This document shows positions 1 through 7,700 of a stretch of DNA of 13,889 nt, one piece after another. Source of the stretch: Candidatus Ratteibacteria bacterium (GTDB lineage Bacteria > Ratteibacteria > UBA8468 > B48-G9 > DTJG01); contig JBMFLH010000055.1 in NCBI GenBank assembly GCA_049971295.1, forward strand, positions 1 through 13,889, given 5' to 3'. The notes below the pieces were generated by a model, which was given only the letters and a program-made list of their open reading frames with translations, was not told the origin of the DNA and searched no databases. Position numbers and translations under genes: made by a program. The number at the start of each line of letters is the position of its first letter. The stretch's first letter is position 1.

Positions 1-2
1 CA

Positions 3-1451
3 ACAACCTTTTTCAATCCTGCCCTGATGGATAAACACGACCAAAAAACATTTCATCTATGGGCACAATCCATTTTGAAGCATCCGGTTTATGTTGATGG
101 CGATGCATTTTATATGGCACCACTCTACGCATATTTCCTTGCCCTTTTGTATGCTGTGTCAGGTGGAAGCATTTTTTTTGCCGGTCTCGTCCAGGCAATT
201 GTCGATACCATCGCAATTTATCTCTTATACAGAATAGGAAGAACAATCAAAGACGAATATACCGGCATTATTGCCGCAGGGCTTTATGCGTTTTATCAAA
301 CGGTCGTTCTTTACTCTGTCACCATCCTGAGCGATGGCATCATTACGTTTTTAAACATCCTTTTTATCTTTTCACTGTACAGGGCACTTGAAAAGAAAAA
401 TCGTCTGTCATGGATTTTATGCGGTATTGTTTTTGGGCTTGCCGCTCTTGCAAAACCAACAATTCTTGCTTTTGTTCCCTTTATCATTGCAGGACTATTA
501 ATCTGGCCTGAGAAAGCTCTTATTTTTCCGTTAAAGACAAATAAAAAATCTTTTCAAATTACCGTGGTATTGCTTCTTGCAGGATTGGCATGCGCCTTAA
601 CGATACTTCCTGTATCCTTAAGAAATCTTGTGGTCAGCAACAAGTTTGTTCTGATTTGCACCAATGGTCCTGTCAACTGGCAGATTGGTAATAGCTCTGA
701 TTCCACTGGGCTTTTCTATTACCCTGCAGGGCATCTTTTGTCGCCTGCAAGTGTTGATTTCTGGAAATTACTTCTCAAAAAAACGTTTCTTTTCTTCAAT
801 AGCTATGAGTGGCCACAGAATTTGAGTATATATATCGCAAGAGAGCTAATACCGGCATTAAAATTTGCATTTGTAAGATTTGGCTTAATTGTTCCACTCG
901 GTGTTGTTGGACTTTTTCTCGCAGCCAGGAAGAGAAAAAACTTTCTTTTCGTTTCATTTACAATCGTTCAGATTATTTGGGTAATTATGTTTTTCATCAC
1001 GGAACGATACAGATTTCCTGCAGTCGCATGTCTAACGGTTTGCGCGGGTTTTTTGGTCACCTGGACAATAGATGAGATAAAAACAAAAAAACTTGTATTG
1101 CCTTTATTTAGAATTGTCATCGCAGGACTGTGGGGATACATATTTGGCTGGACGCCCGGCCAGGTGTTTAACGATATGTACTGGAAAATATTTGCAAAAC
1201 TCAGTAAAACAAACATCGTTTATAACTTGCAGACAGGAAACAATCAGCTGGCAGAAAAGATCGCCAAAGATTACAAAAAACTTTTGCCCCAGGACCCTGA
1301 CAGCCACTTTTTCCTTGCCTGCGTGTACGCTCAGAAGGGAATGATGAATGAGGCAGAACAACAATTAATACGTACTCTGGAGATTGAACCAGAACATGAA
1401 CTTGCAAAAAAGTTTCTTGAAGAAATCAGGAAAAATGCCAGTCCTCATTGA
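3..1451 (+). CDS. ArnT/PMT-like (GT-C, family 39/83-like) membrane glycosyltransferase with C-terminal TPR; probably 5'-truncated by the window
   Basis: Frame is open from base 3 (TTFFNPALMD...), so the true start may lie upstream of the window. Many TM segments; motifs FYMAPLYAYFLA, GLAALAKPTIL, TNGPVNWQIGN, ERYRFP; C-terminal TPR-like PQDPDSHFFLACVYAQKG...LEIEPEH. Confidence 0.8.
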   Translation, partial: TTFFNPALMDKHDQKTFHLWAQSILKHPVYVDGDAFYMAPLYAYFLALLYAVSGGSIFFAGLVQAIVDTIAIYLLYRIGRTIKDEYTGIIAAGLYAFYQTVVLYSVTILSDGIITFLNILFIFSLYRALEKKNRLSWILCGIVFGLAALAKPTILAFVPFIIAGLLIWPEKALIFPLKTNKKSFQITVVLLLAGLACALTILPVSLRNLVVSNKFVLICTNGPVNWQIGNSSDSTGLFYYPAGHLLSPASVDFWKLLLKKTFLFFNSYEWPQNLSIYIARELIPALKFAFVRFGLIVPLGVVGLFLAARKRKNFLFVSFTIVQIIWVIMFFITERYRFPAVACLTVCAGFLVTWTIDEIKTKKLVLPLFRIVIAGLWGYIFGWTPGQVFNDMYWKIFAKLSKTNIVYNLQTGNNQLAEKIAKDYKKLLPQDPDSHFFLACVYAQKGMMNEAEQQLIRTLEIEPEHELAKKFLEEIRKNASPH

Positions 1452-1475
1452 TATCATAAAATGATGCGGTATAAT
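1448..1475 (+). promoter_or_regulatory. sigma70-type promoter upstream of proS
   Basis: TTGATA (1448-1453), 16 bp spacer, perfect TATAAT (1470-1475); SD AAGGAG at 1503-1508. Confidence 0.65.
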
Positions 1476-1514
1476 ATTTTGTCTGAAAAAATCATGGCTG
1501 AAAAGGAGAAAATA

Positions 1515-2663
1515 ATGGAGTGGACAAATTCTTTCATTTTTACATCAAGGGAACCTCCGGCAGATGCAGAAACAATAAGTCAAAAATTGATGCATCAGGC
1601 GGGAATGATTGATAAACTGGTATCCGGTATCTATTCGTACCTTCCCCTTGGATTACGGGTATTACAGAAGGTTTCAAACATTATCAGAGAAGAAATGAAT
1701 AACGCTGGCGCTATTGAAATACTGATGCCTGCTTTGCAACCTGCATCTCTATGGAAAGAATCAAAAAGATTTGGGAAAATGGGCAAAGATATGATTGTTT
1801 TCAAAGATAGACACGACAGGGAAATGCTACTGGGACCCACACATGAAGAGGTGGTTTCTGACATTGTAAGAAAATACATAAGAAGCTGGAAAAATCTACC
1901 TGTGATGCTTTATCAGATACAGACGAAATATCGCGATGAAATTAGACCAAGATTTGGGATCATTCGGTCCAGAGAGTTCTTGATGAAAGATTGTTATAGT
2001 TTTGACAGAACAGAACATGAATCTGAACAATCGTACTTAAAAATGAAGCAGGCATACCTGAAAATTTTCAGAAGGTGCTCGTTATCCGTCACAGTGCAAA
2101 CAGCAGATTCCGGTGTCATTGGCGGAAAATTCTCTGAAGAATTTGTCGCAGCTGGAGATTGTGCAGAACTTGAAATAGGTCATATTTTTAAGCTTGGCAC
2201 TGATTACAGTGAAAAACTTAATGTGGTTTATATGGATAAAGACGGCATTGAAAAACCAGTGGTAATGGGATGTTATGGCATCGGCGTAAGCAGAATCGTT
2301 GCTGCCATTATCGAGGGAAGTTACGATGACAGAGGTATTATCTGGCCTGTTTCAGTTGCACCCTTCCATGCAATCATCGTTCCTGTGAACATGTCAGATA
2401 CCCGCGCTGTTGAAACTGCAGAGAAAATTCACAAGGACCTGGAATCTTCAAAAATTGAGGTACTCTTTGACAACAGGGAAGAATCCGCAGGTGTTAAATT
2501 TGCTGACGCAGATCTTATTGGCATACCTTACAGAATTACGCTTGGTAGAAAGCTTGTTGATGGAAAAATTGAAATTATGGAAAGAAAAACTAAAAAAACA
2601 TACGATGTTGAAGTTGGAAAAGTTAAAGAATTTATAGGATCTGTGATAAAAGAATTAACATGA
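1515..2663 (+). CDS. proS: Proline--tRNA ligase, short bacterial type without INS editing domain (382 aa)
   Basis: Motifs GIYSYLPLG, LGPTHEE, YQIQTKYRDEIRPRFGIIRSREFLMKD, EIGHIFKLG, MGCYGIGVSR, anticodon-binding GVKFADADLIGIP. Start placed at ATG 1515 behind SD AAGGAG, where homology (MEWTNSF) begins. Confidence 0.97.
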   Translation: MEWTNSFIFTSREPPADAETISQKLMHQAGMIDKLVSGIYSYLPLGLRVLQKVSNIIREEMNNAGAIEILMPALQPASLWKESKRFGKMGKDMIVFKDRHDREMLLGPTHEEVVSDIVRKYIRSWKNLPVMLYQIQTKYRDEIRPRFGIIRSREFLMKDCYSFDRTEHESEQSYLKMKQAYLKIFRRCSLSVTVQTADSGVIGGKFSEEFVAAGDCAELEIGHIFKLGTDYSEKLNVVYMDKDGIEKPVVMGCYGIGVSRIVAAIIEGSYDDRGIIWPVSVAPFHAIIVPVNMSDTRAVETAEKIHKDLESSKIEVLFDNREESAGVKFADADLIGIPYRITLGRKLVDGKIEIMERKTKKTYDVEVGKVKEFIGSVIKELT

Positions 2664-3388
2664 ATATGCTTGCGGATATTCTCAAAAAGGGGTTCTCATT
2701 TAACAGAGCAAGGATGAAACTTTTTCTTGTTGTATTTTGTTCAACTTGCATCCTGATACAATCTATTGAATATATATTCAAAGAAGAACAACAAAATCAG
2801 TTACTCTGGTTCACGATTATTTTTCTTGTTGAAAATTTTCTTACCTGTGGAGTGTATGGTTCTCTTAAAAATATTTTGATTGAGAAGACTCTGACAGCAA
2901 GAATGTTTTTAATAAACTGCTTGAAATTTTTTACCCGTTTCCTTTTGATAAAACTGCTGTTTGTGATTTTTATCGGTTTCATCACGGGCTTGCTGATGCT
3001 TGTTGCCGAAGCAACAGGCAAATTTTCCATACCCGCCACTGCAGGAATTGTACTATTGTGGCTTGTATGGCTTGCTTTTCCATCATATTATTTTATTCTG
3101 TCTCTTTTTGCTCCAATAGTAATGTTCAGTCAGGACAGTTCAGTTCTTGAATCAATCAAAATGAGCATCTTTTTCAGTAAAAAGGCCATTGATCAGGTCA
3201 TTGTCATTGCTTTTCTGTATTTCTGTTCAATATTAATCATTGTTTATTTTCCTGAAAAAATGTATAATTTATCGTCTGTTGCATGGCTTGTTTTAAAAGG
3301 AATTTTTGTCAGTGCTTTCGAGATTGGCTTCATAAATAGTTTTCTTTTGCTATATGAAAAGGAGATGCCACATGAAAGAAATGTTTGA
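2660..3388 (+). CDS. Hypothetical integral membrane protein (~6 TM)
   Basis: 242 aa hydrophobic ORF; ATGA overlap with the proS stop; 3' end overlaps the next gene by 17 nt. Confidence 0.75.
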   Translation: MNMLADILKKGFSFNRARMKLFLVVFCSTCILIQSIEYIFKEEQQNQLLWFTIIFLVENFLTCGVYGSLKNILIEKTLTARMFLINCLKFFTRFLLIKLLFVIFIGFITGLLMLVAEATGKFSIPATAGIVLLWLVWLAFPSYYFILSLFAPIVMFSQDSSVLESIKMSIFFSKKAIDQVIVIAFLYFCSILIIVYFPEKMYNLSSVAWLVLKGIFVSAFEIGFINSFLLLYEKEMPHERNV

Positions 3389-3962
3389 AATTCGCTGGCA
3401 TGGTCGTGGTGGACAGGGTGCAAAAACCGCAGCGCTTCTTTTCGGAGACGCTGCCTGTTCCACAGGCAAATTTATTCAGGCATTTCCTGAATATGGACCC
3501 GAAAGAATGGGCGCGCCTGTCGTGTCCTTCAACAGAATCAGTTCCAGACCCATCAGAACCCATGGACCTATTTTGGACCCTGATGTGGTTGTTGTACTTG
3601 ATGTATCACTCATTGAACAGGTGGATGTCACATCTGGACTGGATAATGAAGAGGGGATTATCCTTCTGAATTCTTCAAAGGAACCAGCAGAATTTGCTGA
3701 AAAACTAAAATTCACCGGTTGCATCTGCACAGTGGATGCATCAAGAATATCCATTGAAACCATTGGAAGGGAAATCCCGAATACACCAATGATGGGTGCT
3801 CTTATCAGGGTCACTGGAATGCTTGATATAAAAGAAGTGATTGAAGATGTGAAACATAAACTTGAAGCCAAGTTCAGGAACAGACCAGAAATCATTGAAG
3901 GAAATATTAAGGCGATTGAAATGGCGTATAACCAGGTGAAAATGTTGAACTCACGGAGGTGA
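3372..3962 (+). CDS. porC: Pyruvate/2-oxoacid:ferredoxin oxidoreductase gamma subunit
   Basis: EIRWHGRGGQGAKTAA, QAFPEYGPERMGAPV, PNTPMMGAL; ATG 3372 preceded by AAGGAG (3359-3364). Confidence 0.95.
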   Translation: MKEMFEIRWHGRGGQGAKTAALLFGDAACSTGKFIQAFPEYGPERMGAPVVSFNRISSRPIRTHGPILDPDVVVVLDVSLIEQVDVTSGLDNEEGIILLNSSKEPAEFAEKLKFTGCICTVDASRISIETIGREIPNTPMMGALIRVTGMLDIKEVIEDVKHKLEAKFRNRPEIIEGNIKAIEMAYNQVKMLNSRR

Positions 3963-3965
3963 TTG

Positions 3966-4250
3966 ATGGAAGAAAAAAAATTATCATGGAAACAACTACC
4001 AGAAGGCGATGTGTTAGAAGCAGCAACCTCAAAAAATTTTAAGACAGGCAACTGGAGGAGTATAAAACCGGTTCATATACCGGAAAAATGCATTCACTGT
4101 CTTATCTGCTGGGTTTATTGCCCGGATTCTGCTATCAAAACAAAGGATGGGAAATTTTTAGAATTTGACTACGATTATTGCAAAGGTTGTGGGATTTGCG
4201 CCCATGAATGTCCAAAAGATGCAATATCAATGGAGCCAGAGAAAAAATGA
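3966..4250 (+). CDS. porD: Pyruvate/2-oxoacid:ferredoxin oxidoreductase delta subunit (2x[4Fe-4S])
   Basis: KTGNWRSIKP, CIHCLICWVYCP, DYDYCKGCGICAHECP; SD GGAGGTGA at 3955-3962. Confidence 0.95.
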   Translation: MEEKKLSWKQLPEGDVLEAATSKNFKTGNWRSIKPVHIPEKCIHCLICWVYCPDSAIKTKDGKFLEFDYDYCKGCGICAHECPKDAISMEPEKK

Positions 4251-4525
4251 AAAAAACAAAATTATTGTTCTGGGCTATCGGGATTTTAATTCTGTCGGGC
4301 TGGGTGGCTTTTATTGGTGAATATGCCTATTCCAAAAAGAAAATGGCAGAACTTCAAACTCGTATTGAACAGATGGATTCGCAGATTAAATCAATTGGTG
4401 GCATCTCAAAAAATATAGATCAGACCATTGCTGAAGTTGACAGGATGATTGGTGAATTCGAAAAGCTTAAAACGAGCCTTCAACAGACCCGTGACAAAAT
4501 TGAAAAAATCAGTAAAACAGACTGA
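4247..4525 (+). CDS. Hypothetical single-TM coiled-coil protein (92 aa)
   Basis: ATGA overlap with the porD stop; MKKTK + hydrophobic helix + heptad-rich C-terminus. Confidence 0.75.
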   Translation: MKKTKLLFWAIGILILSGWVAFIGEYAYSKKKMAELQTRIEQMDSQIKSIGGISKNIDQTIAEVDRMIGEFEKLKTSLQQTRDKIEKISKTD

Positions 4526-5386
4526 TTATAAGTTTTCCCTAATTTTATTGATAGCCACAGCACCATCCCTGACAGCAGATACAATCTGTTTCAAGGAGCC
4601 AGACCTAATATCTCCACAGGCATAAATTCCATCGACTGAACTTTTAAGATTGCTGTCTGTTTTTATGTAACCAGATGAGTCCAACGCCACTGTCGGTGGA
4701 AGAAATTCAAAAGAGGGCTTAAAACCGGCAAATATAAAAATTCCATCAGTTTCAATAGTCTTTATTTCTTTTTCTGTCTGAACCACAATACCTTTCACGA
4801 CACTTTCACCAGTAATTTCAACTGGAACTCCATTAACGATACTTACACCTTCTAAAGTTTGTAATTGCCCTGCGGATTTTCTGACCCATGTAACAGATGA
4901 GAGGCCTTTCAGGTAGTTTATTTCAGAAATCACATGTTTTCCTTCGCCGACAACAACGACCCTTTTATTTTTGAAAAAGGGACCATCGCAAATTGCACAA
5001 TATGATACACCCTTACCAAGAAAAGCATCTTCTCCCTTAATTCCGAGTTTCTTTGGCACAGAGCCTGAAGCAACAATAATATACCTGGCTTCATAATAAT
5101 CACTGGCAGAAAAAACCCTGAAACCTTCTGGAACCTTTTCTATCCTGTCAACATTTTGAAAAACGAAATTTACATTAAGCGCCATCGCCTGTCTATAAAA
5201 TCTCTCAGCAAGTTCAGAACCGGTTACACCATCCGGAAACCCTGGATAATTTTCAATTTTCTCAATCCATACCAGTTTTCCTCCAGGATACATTCTTTCA
5301 ATAACCATGACAGACATATTTGCCCTCGCTGCATATATACTCGCAGAAATACCAGCTGGTCCAGCTCCAACAATAATCACATCCAA
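4526..5386 (-). CDS. trxB: Thioredoxin reductase-like flavoprotein (TrxB family) with atypical nucleotide-binding domain
   Basis: FAD motif IVGAGPAG, IENYPGF, active site GVSYCAICDG, GIYACGD, KQIVSAVRDGAVA; TTG start with AGGGGG upstream. Confidence 0.9.
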   Translation of the reverse strand: MDVIIVGAGPAGISASIYAARANMSVMVIERMYPGGKLVWIEKIENYPGFPDGVTGSELAERFYRQAMALNVNFVFQNVDRIEKVPEGFRVFSASDYYEARYIIVASGSVPKKLGIKGEDAFLGKGVSYCAICDGPFFKNKRVVVVGEGKHVISEINYLKGLSSVTWVRKSAGQLQTLEGVSIVNGVPVEITGESVVKGIVVQTEKEIKTIETDGIFIFAGFKPSFEFLPPTVALDSSGYIKTDSNLKSSVDGIYACGDIRSGSLKQIVSAVRDGAVAINKIRENL

Positions 5387-5388
5387 GT

Positions 5389-6075
5389 TTACCCCCTGGA
5401 AAGGAGATAAAATGCAAAGAGAAGCAGTATGCTACCGGCAAAAATTTTTATCTTCTTTGTGTGAATAACCATAAATTTCTGAAATTTTTTCATCTTTGAA
5501 AAAAATACAGCGAAAATAATCAGAGGCACAGATAGACCAAGAGAATATACAAATAAAAGTCCTATGCCCTTTGCAACTGTTTTTTGTGTGGCAGCCATCG
5601 TGAGTATCGCACCAAGTATTGGTCCGACACAGGGAGTCCACGAAATTCCAAGCACAACACCAAAAATGACCGCATTCAAACCTGTCGGTCTTTTTTTAAA
5701 CTCTGGGGAAAAACCTTTGTGATATGAAAAAATATGTGTTAATTCAAGTGTTTCAAGAGAAAAAATAAGCATGGCAATTCCTGCCAGCAATCTAAAAAAA
5801 CTTATGTGAGAGGCAAGAAACTTTCCTATTCCTGAAGCAGATGCCCCCAGGGCGACAAAAATTATCGTAAAGCCGCAGCACATCATTATGACAGAACGAA
5901 CAAGATGTCCTTTGCCTTTTTCAAGTTCAACCACTGATGAACCAAGAATGAAAGAAAAATACGCCGGAATCAGTGGCGCCACACAGGGAGAAAAAAAAGA
6001 AACAATCCCACCAAGAAAGCTCAACCCGCTCCAGGCATACCAGGATAAATTTATATTTCCAATGAGATCAGCCAT
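5389..6075 (-). CDS. ccdA: CcdA / DsbD-beta transmembrane disulfide electron transporter
   Basis: Two catalytic PC motifs FFSPCVAPLIPAY and WTPCVGPILG; six TM helices. Confidence 0.93.
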   Translation of the reverse strand: MADLIGNINLSWYAWSGLSFLGGIVSFFSPCVAPLIPAYFSFILGSSVVELEKGKGHLVRSVIMMCCGFTIIFVALGASASGIGKFLASHISFFRLLAGIAMLIFSLETLELTHIFSYHKGFSPEFKKRPTGLNAVIFGVVLGISWTPCVGPILGAILTMAATQKTVAKGIGLLFVYSLGLSVPLIIFAVFFSKMKKFQKFMVIHTKKIKIFAGSILLLFAFYLLSRG

Positions 6076-6784
6076 AAAATCTTACAAGACATTGCTGGAA
6101 AAAGTGTGAAATATCTCTGCACAGATGTTCAAGTTCTTCTTTAGAAAACAGGTCTCCGCCGTCAAAATCGTTTTTTACCCCAATTGTTCTATACTGTTGA
6201 AGAACGAATTTTTTTGCTCCCATTAAATGTTCTGCGATTTTCTTGATATCTTCTGACGAATGCAGCGTGCGAACAACAGTTGTTCTGAATTCATAATCGA
6301 TGTCAGAATTCATTAAAATTTTTGTTGAATGAATTATTTTTTCAAGTATTTCGTCAGTAATTCTTACTCCGGTTGCTTTTGAATATGCCTGTGGGTTCAA
6401 TGCATTTTTTAGGTCCATTGCAACGCAATCAATCATTCCTGTATCTATCAGGAACTGAAGTTTCTCTGGAAAAGTTCCATTGGTATCAATCTTTATACCC
6501 AAGCCCATTGTTTTCACTTCTTTGACCAATTCAAAAAGAAAATCTGAAACAAAGGGTTCTCCGCCTGTAATGACAACGCCATCAAGAAAATCCCTGTTTT
6601 CATCAAGATAATTCTTTATAGATTGCCAGTCAATATCTTCAAGACCATCGTAATTTTCTACCAATTCCCAGTTTTGACAGAAAGGGCATCTCATATTGCA
6701 TCTCGGTAGAAAAACCACAGAAGAAACCCTCGAATCCCAGTCGCAAAAGGAGTTTTTTACCCAGCCCTTAATTGAATATTTCAT
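6068..6784 (-). CDS. nrdG: Radical SAM glycyl-radical activase, anaerobic ribonucleotide reductase activating protein type
   Basis: CNMRCPFCQN (CxxxCxxC), GVVITGGEP, IKIDTNG, YEFRTTV, FVLQQY. Confidence 0.88.
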   Translation of the reverse strand: MKYSIKGWVKNSFCDWDSRVSSVVFLPRCNMRCPFCQNWELVENYDGLEDIDWQSIKNYLDENRDFLDGVVITGGEPFVSDFLFELVKEVKTMGLGIKIDTNGTFPEKLQFLIDTGMIDCVAMDLKNALNPQAYSKATGVRITDEILEKIIHSTKILMNSDIDYEFRTTVVRTLHSSEDIKKIAEHLMGAKKFVLQQYRTIGVKNDFDGGDLFSKEELEHLCRDISHFFQQCLVRFYG

Positions 6785-6796
6785 TTGAAAAGAGAG

Positions 6797-7045
6797 TTAA
6801 AATTTTTCTTTTTTGTATATAATCCGCAGCTTGTAAAATACCTGTAAGGAAACATCCCTGGGAACCTTGCAACACCTCTGTTTGTAATATGTCCGGGACA
6901 GAGAAACCGTCTTTTCCATTGTATGAAAAAACGCAAGACAATTGGCGCATAACGAAAGATGCTCTTCCAGGTCATCAATAAGTATCTGATCAAGTTCTCT
7001 ATCAAGATATAAAGAAATCAATTCAAGATATTTCTCACACTTCAT
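6797..7045 (-). CDS. Soluble zinc-binding anti-sigma factor (zf-HC2/ZAS)
   Basis: C3-x25-H29-x3-C33-x2-C36, YLDREL motif, no TM helix; ATGA overlap with the ECF sigma stop. Confidence 0.88.
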   Translation of the reverse strand: MKCEKYLELISLYLDRELDQILIDDLEEHLSLCANCLAFFHTMEKTVSLSRTYYKQRCCKVPRDVSLQVFYKLRIIYKKEKF

Positions 7046-7662
7046 AACCCTGCTCCATGTCCCGCATGCGATTGAAAATACTGAGAAAGCTTATCCCGTA
7101 GAAACATCCTGCTTCTATGAATCCTTGACTTCACTGCAGGCACTGACAGATCAAGCATTTTGCTGATTTCCTCTGTGGAGAAACCTTCAATATCGTGGAG
7201 GACAAAAATTGTTTTGTATTTGCCAGGAAGCGAATCTACTGATTTTTCAAGTAACATTTTAAGTTCTTCGTTTTTCAAATGAGCTCTGGGATCGTTTGAC
7301 CAGTCAGGTACATCAGTGAAATACTTTTGTTCAGAATCATCCCTATCTGATTCAAACCTGACAAGAGGAATTTTCTTTTTTCTCATTTTCATGAAAGCAT
7401 TGTTTGTGGCAATTCTGTAAAGCCAGGTTGAAAATGCTGATTTGCCTTCAAACTTTGGAAGGGCATAGTATGCATTGATGAAGGTCTCCTGCAAAAGGTC
7501 AGCAGCGTCTTCCTTGTTTCCAAGAAGTTTCAAGCCAAGATTATAAATGCGTGCCTGATTTCTTTTGACCAGTTCCTCAAACGCGGCATGATCCTTGTTT
7601 TTTGCCCGTTCAATCAGCTCATTTTCTTTCAATACCGCAAGTGCTTTTGATTTTTGTTCCAT
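7042..7662 (-). CDS. ECF-type RNA polymerase sigma factor
   Basis: Region 2 DAADLLQETFINAY...FSTWLYRIATN; region 4 LHDIEGFSTEEISKMLDLSVPAVKSRIHRSR. Confidence 0.95.
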   Translation of the reverse strand: MEQKSKALAVLKENELIERAKNKDHAAFEELVKRNQARIYNLGLKLLGNKEDAADLLQETFINAYYALPKFEGKSAFSTWLYRIATNNAFMKMRKKKIPLVRFESDRDDSEQKYFTDVPDWSNDPRAHLKNEELKMLLEKSVDSLPGKYKTIFVLHDIEGFSTEEISKMLDLSVPAVKSRIHRSRMFLRDKLSQYFQSHAGHGAGL

Positions 7663-7668
7663 GTTTTT

Positions 7669-7677
7669 ATTATACCA
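7669..7677 (-). promoter_or_regulatory. Extended -10 promoter, likely leaderless, for the ECF sigma gene
   Basis: Minus strand reads TG-G-TATAAT-aaaaac-ATG; no SD before the start codon. Confidence 0.65.
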
Positions 7678-7700
7678 GATTATCCTGAATCAAAACAATT

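Noticed and set aside
1449..1514. Glycosyltransferase TGA is in frame with proS (possible readthrough or recoded TGA); ORF-track start at 1461
   Set aside because: The interval contains a good promoter and an SD for ATG 1515, and TGA ends several other genes at their expected C-termini, so the standard code applies.
3476..4051. 191 aa minus-strand ORF
   Set aside because: Antisense shadow of porC/porD; no recognisable motifs.
6781..7005. Alternative-frame ORF over the anti-sigma gene with an AAAAAAG run, ending in an ATGA overlap with nrdG
   Set aside because: The zf-HC2 frame is complete; the slippery heptamer is not in the anti-sigma reading frame; A-runs are common in this AT-rich sequence.
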